A DNA stretch of 64,000 bases from Marsupella aquatica (taxonomy: Eukaryota > Plantae > Marchantiophyta), in the NCBI GenBank assembly GCA_973895155.1, contig OZ316897.1, forward strand, positions 21,923,455-21,987,454, given 5' to 3'. Position numbers and translations under genes: made by a program. A model generated the notes under the pieces. It saw only the letters and a program-made list of their open reading frames with translations, did not search any database and was not told where the DNA came from. Each line of letters begins with the position of its first letter. The first letter of the stretch is position 1. Shown here in pieces: positions 53,701-64,000 of this stretch.

Positions 53701-56700
53701 AGAAGGGCAAAATTTTCAATTAATCAAAGACTTCCGGGTGGACGGTATGGCGGTAGTGCATGCATGAGGTCTGTGGACTGAGGTGTGGAGCTAGACTGCC
53801 TAAGCAGCAAACCGCCCCAACAGGACAACACTTGCCCTTCGGGCTTTATCTGAGACAATGCACTTGTGAGAGGGCTCTACACAAAGTGGATCCAAGAGCC
53901 CTAGAGGTTGCAGTAGCAGGACAGGTGTTGAAATACAATAGGTGCTGCAGGAACCCGGCTGCCCAATCGAACGGGAGTAAACTTAGCTGCCCAATCGAAT
54001 GGGACTAAACAGAGCTAAGCTGCCCACTACACAAGCTGCCCACTATCTTTTTCTGACGTCGTAGCTCGGGATAAGAGATTCTCGGAGAATCCAGGATCCA
54101 ACGGACAGAGAAGTCCTTCTGACTCCCAGATTTTCCGGATGAAGCTCCTGGCCGAGAGTTGGCCACGCTAGGGACTCACCTGCGCCCTTCTGTTTTCATT
54201 GATAGCTGATTAGACGCAGAGGACTGTAGTGCGATCAGAAATTGTTGGGGCCGGTGAAAAAATACAGAGGGCTTCGATACGTGTTTCAAGTTGGAAAGTA
54301 CATTTCGTTAACTCATCTCTGCCATTATGTTTTCCTGGAAACTTGATTACTATGATCAGAATTTGATAGGCTACATTGGAAAGTGTCCAAAACTCACCAA
54401 TGGCTTTACATCGGAAAGTCTTATGTTCCTCTTCAATTTACTGTAGAGATCATAAAAGCGAGCTCAGGTTGTCCATTTAGGTGTAGTTGCGTTGATCCCA
54501 TCTATTCGAATGTGGCAGATTGAAGCTTAATTAATCCAATCTATTTTATGGACGCCCAACAAGCTGTAGTTGCGAGCTCAGTAGCGGATGTAGTGGACCG
54601 AAAGACTTGTGAACGCCTGGTTGAGCTCCTGACTGTGGTTGTGCTAATTGAGCTCAGAGAAGGATCATAAATTAACATTCGACCTCACGCCTTCAAATTG
54701 GTTGAGATAGGCTAATTACTCGTTCCTGATTGGATCATAATCCTGAAATTTCCGTCTCCCTTCGTCCGGCGTGAGCTAGGTGACAATTTCTCTTAGTTTT
54801 TAGGGGCCCCTCTAAGATAGAGCTTTGACGACGAACGAACGATCCAAGAAAATATTAGTGGAGTTCAGTCCACTCCTAATTCCACTCAAACCGTAAATAC
54901 CCACTACGAAGAAGGAGAAGAGCCGTGTAGCCGACCCGGAACGTTGTCGTTTCAATGGGAAGAAGACTACTCCATACATTCCCTTCAAAATTTTCCTGAA
55001 ACTTTAAGGTCGTGGGTCTAGTGTAGTCGTAAAGTATGCGTAACCTCAAAGATTAATGGGGTGACATGAAGATAACCCAGTCAAGCGAGGCTTTGCATGA
55101 GTAGTACCCGAAGTTCAAAACAGAGGCAATGAGACGATTCAAATTCATTTAGGTGCATCAGTTGACATCTACGCTCGTCGATCAAGGTAAGTGCGTACTG
55201 CACCGCGTTTATGGGACCATGAGCAGTGCAAGCGTTTACCTGGTCCGACATATTGTCAAAGAGAAGGTCCTGCAAAAATTGATCCGTCTTCAAGACAGCC
55301 AAACAGATTGCCCGGGGCTGGAATTTGGACGGTCTTGGTAGGCTGATCATTTCCACCATGAACAGAACGAAAAACCGATTTCGTGGTTGTTTGTTGTGAT
55401 TCCAAAACGATGATTTTGAATCGGCTGAGACCTCATGGCTTTTCAATGATCTTCTTCAGACGCCTCGCTTCAGGGTCTAAACCCTTGCCATTGTAACCCT
55501 GAGTAACCATTCCTATACATCCTCTCAAAGATGCACAAACGAGGTCTCGAACTGATCTAAAGTAGGTCTGAAGTGGCAGCTTTTTAATTCACCGTCCTGT
55601 GAGTGTGCCAAAAGTGAGCCGTCAGGCAGGTACATGCATGACCAGCACTGGAGGAGCAAATTAGCTCAGGGAAAATAGGTGGACACATTTTAATTTAACA
55701 ATTCAGTCACAGCTGGCCACTGGACCCACTTGAGCCAGAGGCGCCACGATGTACCTGGAGTAGCCATGAATTAGAACTAGAGGAAGGATTCTTGGTGGTC
55801 AACTAAAATTTAGGTCCTTTTAAATTTAGATCAGTACTGAGGCTCCGAATGGTCGATCTCGGCCAGTTTTTCAACAGAGATCGACAATTTTTGACCGAGA
55901 CCTAGATCGAGATTATTCATCGAGTGGGGTGGCCTTTTAATTTTCAAGTCTTAACTTTGTGAAGGAAGAACTAAGGGGGAAGAGCATATAAGGAGCATGC
56001 ATGGCAGGGAAAGAGAAAGCTTTAGAGCTCGTACCACTCCGCAAGGGTGAGCAGAGCACGCCTCTGCCACTTGCTGAAGACATGGACGCCAAGCCCACCG
56101 TTGGGAAGGGTGAAGCTAGCACCTCTGCGGATCGTAGCTCAAACGAGAGCTCAAATAGTTTCAAACCGTTCGTACTGATCAAGAAATAGGGTGAGTTTGG
56201 GTCCTGGACTTGGGATGTAAGTTCCGATATCTGCGTCATGATCTGTGAGAACCCACATTGCGGTTCACTGCATCGAGTGCTGGCAGGCTACTCTAGCAAC
56301 CACTGAACAGTCCACGGTCGGATGCGATGTTTGCAGCATGGCACATTCAAAAGATTGAGTGAGTGCCCGATTGAGTGATTTCTGGCCCCGAAGTTGGTTG
56401 GTAGAAGCAAGTCAGATGGTTCCTTCAGTTATCGGGTGGCATGGGGACTTAACAGAAAACAGTGTCATGTGCATGGAGTATTGTTTCAAGAATTTTTCTG
56501 CAGTTAAATCTTGTTCCGTTGTTCATTGTCGGCATTTCAGCTTTGGATACAGAAAGACAAACGGTTCATCTCATTGCAAATGATTATGAATAATGACAAT
56601 CAACTAAACACATAAAAACCAAGGAACTTTACTGAATATGCGGCAGCCGTCATTCCCAGTAATAATTATTGCCAATGCAAAATGTGGAGCGTACAACTAC

Positions 56701-56923
56701 CCTACTCTAACTCCACCGATTTATTCTCCTATCTTAGCGAGACAGAGAGTTGTCCGCAGCTTGATCGACAAGCTATCACGGTGGGAGTGCAAGTATTATA
56801 CATTTTGCAAATTATCTAGTATATTTTGTCTGTTCAGAGAGTCTCTGCATTCGACATCAGATTGCTAGCTTTCCTACTGGAAATCATAGTTAGCTACTCA
56901 TAACTTTCTTTGGCGCACACACT

Positions 56924-57364
56924 TCACAACTGCTTGTAAGAAGCACCATGAGATTCGAGCCAATTTGCTTTCGCTGCATCGGGGATGGATCTGCGAGTAC
57001 ATCTCAGCTGCTTCGGAGGTTGTGAGAATCCAGTTACCCTTCGCGCCATCGTCAGTGTAGACTACACCAGTAGGCTTCATCTGGCTGTCACATGTCTGGG
57101 AATCAGTCAGGAGCGATCGGCGTCCAGCTTGGTACCAGAAAGCTCCGGTGAACTGGCCTCCAACTAAGCAGAAGTTGCCTTTGCCCGAGCCGACCTGCGT
57201 GGTACAGCCTCCATTTCTGTAAAATTTGCTGACCTGAGAACTTCCAGATGTGCTTGTGACCAGCACAGAGCCGCCGTCTTTTGCGCTCACTACACAGCAA
57301 ATGTTGGATTTGATGCCATTGAATGAGTAGCCGCTCCCTTTGCAGTGCGAGGTGCTTTCGTAGA
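56924..57364 (-). pseudogene. Secreted Cys-rich precursor, copy 3, with signal peptide lost and a C-terminal frameshift
   Basis: YESTSHC...GRRSLL...MYSQ, then a small deletion near 56985; the 5' end is joined directly to Copia sequence. Confidence 0.9.
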
Positions 57365-58900
57365 TCTTATACACCCATTTTGAAGGTAGTAATCGAGCAC
57401 CACTGGAAGTGGTACAAGTCGGGCAACATTGAGCTTGCGAAGTTGGTGGAGCTCCAGCATCTCCGCTTCCTTCCATTTGGAAGAGTCAGGTCGCTGCATG
57501 GCTTCTTTGTGATGACGTGGTGGATCTGTCAACGTGAGTGAGAAGAGAGCCGCCGAGTAGTTGTCGAGAAGCGTTGGTGGTAGAGAAGTGAGGACCTGAT
57601 TGATGCCATCATCCAATCGAGAAGGTGGAACTCCTTTGTTGAGACGTGATGATCTTCGGAGTGGAGTGGGAATGACAGCTGCAATGTCAGCTTGAATTTC
57701 TCCTTCGGTGTGATATCCCAAGAGGGGAGGGATCACTGGCGCATTAGCAGGGCAAGCGACTGCATCAATTGATGACGTCAAATCATCAGTGGAGGTGGTC
57801 ACCGTGGTGTCATCATGCTGACTGCCAGTACAAATTGTGGTGGATGTTTGCTCAGCATCCACGGAACAATCAGAGGGGATAGTCGATAGCTGTGGGACTG
57901 GTGCTGAGAAGATAGCCACTACATCATCGGTGCTAGACGTAGCAGTGTGAGACAACGTGTCGCTGCTATTGATGGCAGAGGTTCGTGGAGTCTCATCAAA
58001 CTGTACATATGCAGAGCGAACAATCTCATTAGTAGTTGGAAACCAGATTTTGTAGTTGAGACCATCAGCATATCCAACAAGGAAGCCCTTCCTAGCACAT
58101 GCCGTAAATTTATCTCCACGAGCACGTTTCTCAGGTGGAATGTGGACATAGGCAGTTGCACCATAGGACCGGAGACGAGTAATGTTGGTCTGCTGTGGTT
58201 GTCCTATTGCCTGGTGGAGACGTGCTTGAGGTGTGGAGCTTGCTGGATTAAGAGCAGTCGGTGATCTATTGGCAATGTAGACAGCAGTTGTAATTGCCTC
58301 AGGCCAAAGATGTTTTGGAAGGTGAGCATCAATAATCATTGCACGAGCTTTCTGAGTGATGACACCAATAGATCGTTCAGCAATTCCATTCTGCTCATGA
58401 TGATAGGGAGCCGAAGGTACATGTTTGCATCCTTGGGATGCCAAGAAGTCAGTAAGTTGTCGACCTCCAAATTCAGTACCATTGTCAATGTGGAGTTCAG
58501 AGATGGTGGAGTGATACTGATTGACAACGGAGAAAAAGAAATGTTGGATGGTAGTGAATGCTTGACTTTTAGTTGAAAGGCAGACAACCCAGCGATAGCG
58601 GGAGAAATCATCAGTAAAGATAAGGAAGTAATGCTTGTTTCCTATGCCAGACGTAGAGAGTGGTCCACATGTATCAAGATGAATAATCTGAAATGGACTA
58701 AGAGCTCGTGAGTGAGGAATGCGACAAATGATTTTACTGGACTTGGCAAGAGAGCATGCTTCACATGGCGTAAAAAGAGACGAAGATGATAGCGAGAGCC
58801 CTTCTTGTTTGAGTAGTTGTCGAATGCCATCAACATGAAGATGTGCAAGTCGTCTGTGGAGAATGTTGAGATCAAGAATAGCTGATGGTACCACCACTGC
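57365..58900 (-). mobile_element. Ty1/Copia pol fragment (pre-integrase, integrase, start of RT), no LTRs seen
   Basis: LHRRLAH, CEAC, IHLDTCGP, FTDDFSR, DNGTEF, QNGIAER, LWPEA, LRRSSR, WKEAEMLE and a frameshifted SKWVYKI. Confidence 0.93.
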
Positions 58901-60466
58901 ATAATCCTAGGCTAGGGCCGGTATGCGGACATTGAGTAGTTTCAATCCATTTTGCTTAGTGACCACAGCAAACTCAGTGCCAGTCGGAAGATGAATGAAC
59001 TGCTGCAATTCACTGCGCCAACTGATGTTAACACGATTTCGGACCGACCAAGAAGTGTGTCGGAGTTCTCGTTTAGCCCGATCCCGTTTTTTTTCTAAAG
59101 CAATGCAATGACCGATAAAACTGGCAAAAACTCTCTGAAACGCCACTTTCCTCCATTGCATCGCCGCGAGAATGCAAGGAGCGATACGTGCATCGGGTTT
59201 TACATTCCGTCAGTGAAAAAGTCCGAACTAAGAGTAACTTGGTCCGAACCGCGTAATCCAGGAACGACCACGCACTAACCCAGGTAAAGGGGAAACTTAA
59301 CCATGGTTAAGGGGAAATTAACCATGGTTTAGAGCGTCTCCTATATAAAGAGGAGCGGGCTGCCCATAAGACGTTTGCTTTCGCCAGAGCAAATATCTCT
59401 TGACTGAGAGCGAATACCAAACTCCCATCAAGTCTTACATTCCTCCCAAGCGATTCGACTCTTTCTACCGAAAACCCGATAAATTTATCGGAACAGCCAT
59501 TCCTGTTCAAGTTCTCCATGTAAGACTAACTAGTCATTTAGTGTAAAATGTCCAGATCCGAACGGACTGCGATAAATTTATCGCATTCTGCATTCCTCTG
59601 TTGCAATCATTTGATCCAGTGTTTAGAGAGGTGTTGCCTTCATTCCGATAAATTTATCGGAGTCTTCATTCCTTTCATGGAAAGAGGAGTAATTGAGAAT
59701 CCGATAAATTTATCGGAGTTGTCATTTTTGTGAAAGATTGAATTCAGGGCTTAGGTGTCTGAGGAAGTCATATTTTCAATTCGAATGCGGAGTGCGATAA
59801 ATTTATCGCATCCTCCTGTGAGAATCATTTTCCTTTGTTTTGTTTGGAGACTCATCTTCAACTCTGATGTCGCAGTGTTGTCGGGTTTAGGAGGCACAAC
59901 GGAAGGTCGATTGCACTCCGTGGACAACAGGTATTGTGACAAATGGCTGTCTTCCTTGAAAATCGTGTCAAACGTGCACGTCGGTTGTACAAGAGACTCG
60001 TGCGACTCAAAGTTCTCCCCATCGGTATAGGAGCATTATGGATGGGTGGTACTGATCCTGGAGATAGGCAGAATCCTCTCCGCATTGAATTCTGCGGAAT
60101 GAATGATGCAGGGGTTCCAATTCGTTCGAGGTTGATGTTAACGACGTGTTTACATTCTTTGGAGTTTTCTTGTAACTATTGTTGTCGTCATCTTGACAAC
60201 AAGTACCACAAACAGGCTCACTTCTGTTGTAAGATTTGGAACGAAGACCCTTGGGTGAACCTTTCATGATGAGTGTTTCGACCTTTCCATTGAGGCGCGT
60301 CTTGTAAGGACATATTTAAATAAACAAGTCCTACCCTTGCGCAGCGAATATAATACGTCATGAGTCCTAATCGTTAAACTGTCGTGCAGGGTTGGTACTG
60401 TGGATGTGTTCGGTTACACCTGGTGATTGAAGGTATTTTTATTGGTGGTTTTGGTAGCTCTGCTTC

Positions 60467-61015
60467 ATGGCTGCATCGGAGAATCTAATCGTTGCAAAGA
60501 TGGGATCCGTTTTAGCCCACGAGCATAGGAAATATATTCGAGGAAAAGTGCCCGGTGTGGAATGCGGAAGTTTGTTGAATGGACTTCCCGATGAACTCGT
60601 TGAATCTCACATTTGGCCCCTCCTAGCCTTGTCTTGCACACAAGATGAACACCTTGGCCTTGACCTAAAACTTCTACCAGAAGAACGACTGACTCGAATG
60701 AGAACAATCATTTGTCTTGGAGCCACCTCAAAGAAATGGAACCATCTTGTTGTTGGTACACGATTTTGGGCGCTATTGAAATATGCAGTCCGTGAGATCA
60801 ATGACATAAACAAAATGCTTGCAAGCATTCCTAATGCCGAACTTCTCTCAAACATACATATTGCTAGGGTCTTCCGAGAGGAAACTCATTTCCTCCCTCC
60901 CATAGATATGCTTGGGTGCTTTTTGTATGAGCAGTTAGATCAGTTTCGTAGAGTTTGGATAAATCTTGGAGAAAGCGGGAAGCGGAAAATTCTTGCATGG
61001 CATGGACGAGTCTGA
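60467..61015 (+). CDS. F-box-like protein
   Basis: LLNGLPDELVESHIWPLL...LGATSKKWNHLV. Confidence 0.6.
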   Translation: MAASENLIVAKMGSVLAHEHRKYIRGKVPGVECGSLLNGLPDELVESHIWPLLALSCTQDEHLGLDLKLLPEERLTRMRTIICLGATSKKWNHLVVGTRFWALLKYAVREINDINKMLASIPNAELLSNIHIARVFREETHFLPPIDMLGCFLYEQLDQFRRVWINLGESGKRKILAWHGRV

Positions 61016-61330
61016 GTGGATGAGGCATTGCTGCAAACATCCGATAAATTTATCGCACTCCTCATTCCTCTAGTCGATTTTGGGTGCTCTAAGGTTTGCT
61101 CGAGAAGAGCTTGTAAAGAAATACTTTGAATGTAATTGACTCTGCCTCCCCTGACTTCGGGCTGTGTGGTCCAGAGTGTATTTGTTTGCGCCTCTTCGGA
61201 CGATTAGCTGACAAGTGCATTGGCTTCACAGCCCGTTATACAAGGTACTGTAAAGTTGGATGAAACTTGTAGAATTATAATTAGTATGTTCTCCAAAAAT
61301 TATTCCTGATTTCTATTCGGTGATCAGGCC

Positions 61331-61807
61331 ATGCTCGAGCGACGCATTTTTGTACCCTACCCGGATCCTCTAGAATGGGGGAATGGAGCCATGCTGGACC
61401 AACTAAGGAGGCTGGATGAGTCACTAATTTTAAAGATATGCAGGCTGGTAGTAAAACCGTTTTACCATAACACATTTCACTTCTACGTAGATCAGGTAGG
61501 GGGAGAAATTTATATTCGGTGGGATAGATATATTGGATTTTCTAGAAGAGTTATCCTACTCTTTCTGAAAACCGGTGCAGTAAGACGTTTTATACTCCAC
61601 TGCTGTCATGTTGTGAAGGGCAATCCTGCTTATGAGCCAGAATTCTATGCCGACAATAGACGTAGAGCATTCGATGAGATTCAGGATGTGATTGACGAGC
61701 TGAACAATCCTCTTGCCACCGAGTTTTTTATTGACACTGGTGGGAAACTATATTCATACAAGATTCGTCAACTCCCCCCTAACCAGTCTGTGCGCTCTTT
61801 AACTTGA
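61331..61807 (+). CDS. Hypothetical protein, probably TE cargo
   Basis: 158-aa ATG-initiated ORF with protein-like composition; no domain recognised. Confidence 0.35.
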   Translation: MLERRIFVPYPDPLEWGNGAMLDQLRRLDESLILKICRLVVKPFYHNTFHFYVDQVGGEIYIRWDRYIGFSRRVILLFLKTGAVRRFILHCCHVVKGNPAYEPEFYADNRRRAFDEIQDVIDELNNPLATEFFIDTGGKLYSYKIRQLPPNQSVRSLT

Positions 61808-62279
61808 TCTATGTAAGTTGTCTGTGGACAAACGTCCTTGCCAATGGTGAGATCTGTCCATGCTGCACAAATGCTTGTTGTGACATTTCGTCACGCCGGT
61901 ATTCAGTAGCAGTAGTGAATCCTGAGACTGGTGAAGTTGATTTCCATTGGCTGTGGGCTTATGATCATCGCGTCACTCATATTCCCCAATGGCCCAAGAA
62001 GTGGATCGAACGCTTCGCTCTGGCGAGGTTCAACTATGATTAGGGTTTAGTTTTAGGGGTTAAGGTTTTGGATTTAGGGTTCCGTAGCTGATTCTTTGAC
62101 CTGTACACTCGGCCGTCAATTTAAAGAAGGCTCACTTTTGCGATAATTTTATCGGTCATTTGCATTGCGGGTCTCTTTGTCCTTGTGTGATGAGATGTCA
62201 TGTCCACATGTGCTGTGAGATTGGCGACGATAATTTTATCGCTCTTTGCATTGGAATTTGTTTATTTGCAGACTTTGCC

Positions 62280-64000
62280 ATGGCTACTAGTGGAAAGAGT
62301 GGATCTGCTGAGGTAGAAAGTCTCATGACAAGCCTCACCAATGCAATTTGGATGAGTGAAGACATTTGTGAAGAGGTCAAGTGTATCAAGAAGTCATGGT
62401 ACTTCCGTGACGCCAGATTACAGTCCACGGGTTTTGAAGTTTGTGCTACCCCAATCCTTTGGGTCCAGTTGCAAAAATCGACGAAGGTTAATGTTTCGTA
62501 TGGCCCTGTTATTGCTGTTGCCGTCGTCGAGTTCATGGATGGCCACGGGGAGGGAAAAGTGTTGATAGAGGGCCTTAGTTTCTTGACAATGTGTGGGCGC
62601 AAGGGTTTCACATCTCTCATTGTTACTCTCGATAACTTTGATGAGAAATCGATGGACAGTTATCCAGAAGATCCCCTTGTTGCCGAAGTTCGGGCAGCAA
62701 GAGAGATGAATGTTATGGGTTCGGCTTGGATCGGCCAGTATGTGCAAGATTGTCATGCCATCATGCTTCCAAGGGTGAACGCAGAGTACAAGAGACTTAT
62801 GGGTGAAGAGTTCAAACCTGTCCGCAAAATTGTTTTCAAGAAACAAGGTTCAAGTGGCAGCGGTGGTTCTAATGCCGATAAAATGTCGGGGCGGAAAGAA
62901 CCATTGCAATCCTCTACACATATTGACGTGGACGAACCTACAACTTCTGGTCGGGTTTCGGGAAGTGGAAGAGGGAAAGGGAGAGGTAGCGGCAGGGGAG
63001 ATGCCGCGGGAACCTCTGACGGTGGGAAGAAGAGCCAAGAAACTGGCGGTAGTGGGAGAGGCCGAGGCAACCGTCAAGGACCATCCGTTAAACCAAGCGA
63101 AAGTAAAGGATCCGAGGGATTTGGGCCATCTGGTTCTGGACTTAGCACAAAGAGGAAGAGGACTGGCTGGACTGAGACGGTGGCTGCAGAAGTAGATAGA
63201 GCTTCGTCAATTCCATCAGTTCCAGTCACGGTTCCTGCGGCGCCATTGGTAAGTACTACGTCGTTGTACTATTTAACAAATACGAAATCCGATAAAAATC
63301 TCGTTGTTTATTTCCTGAATTGCGGATTGTGGAGTTATGTTGAACAAATGCGAACTCCGATAAAAATCTTGCAATTTCTTTCCTTAATTGAATTTGCAAC
63401 GCTTTTGTAGGCTGATCAGGAGGAGGAGATGGCTCTTTCGATGTATGAGACGGACGCGATCAAGGCAGAGCTCAGTCTTCTGATGCAACGAAGGGTGCAA
63501 AGGACAATTGTGCTTCTGCATGTCGACAATCTCATATTTGATGAGGAGGGGATTTGTTAACTTTGATTAGACCAGTGGATAGATTGCATGTGGAAAATAT
63601 CAAGATACTTCTCATGAAAAACCCCACCAACTTCAGTGCCCCATTCGTGCTGTGTGTGGATCCGAAGGATTGTCCCACAACCGCAGATTGGGACATCCTG
63701 AAGTCAAGGGTATGGAAGTATAGAATTATTGGAGGGAATCATGGTGCTCGGGCAAAGTCGGAGTTGTTTAAAATGTACGGGAAGCAAATATATGGTGAGC
63801 TGGAAGCTTGGGTTTACGCTGGGCTTACGAGATCCGAGGTCCGAAAGTTAGGCTTCCAGCATAACTATGACCAGGAGTATCGGAAGAACATGACTAAAAT
63901 TTACCAAGTTAGCGCTTGTCACAATATTTTCCTTGAAATGGGTGTGGGCTCGACTAAAGATGTCCGCGAAGCATGTTGTCAAGAATGCATGATGGAGTAC
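62280..64000 (+). pseudogene. Spliced gene with Gly/Ser/Arg linker and ParB/sulfiredoxin-like domain, running off the window
   Basis: ATG at 62280, intron 63249-63410, apparent 1-nt frameshift near 63550, then IRPVDRLHVE...YRIIGGNHGARA...LGFQHN. Confidence 0.6.

Larger units (their letters stand above)
59477..62241. repeat. Dispersed perfect palindrome CGATAAATTTATCG
   Basis: At 59477, 59570, 59646, 59702, 59795 and 61042; variants at 62141 and 62228. Confidence 0.9.

Noticed and set aside
58907-58916. CTAG as a Helitron 3' end
   Set aside because: No convincing subterminal hairpin or following T on the relevant strand.

Overview
Eukaryotic, intron-containing, transposon-rich genomic DNA; the TE families and gene style suggest a land plant, possibly a bryophyte such as a liverwort (inference). 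About 1-28.2 kb is a nested TE complex. It holds a decayed spliced CACTA/EnSpm-type transposase, cargo-like genes (RPA70 C-terminal OB-fold, SAM-domain gene) and subterminal-type tandem repeats. It also holds two inverted copies of a 4.66-kb TG...CA unit resembling a solo LTR that carries one long PMD-like/coiled-coil ORF. About 28.2-57.4 kb is a locally duplicated host region with three copies of a 180-aa secreted Cys-rich precursor gene (two intact and head-to-head, one fused to a Copia fragment), plus a CRE-type RLE non-LTR retrotransposon. About 59-64 kb looks like another cargo-carrying element, with CGATAAATTTATCG palindromes, an F-box-like ORF and a ParB/Srx-like gene. The best novelty candidates are the secreted, possibly processed two-chain family with fungal-like features and the ORF-bearing giant LTR. 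All family assignments are from motif recognition by eye; no searches were run.
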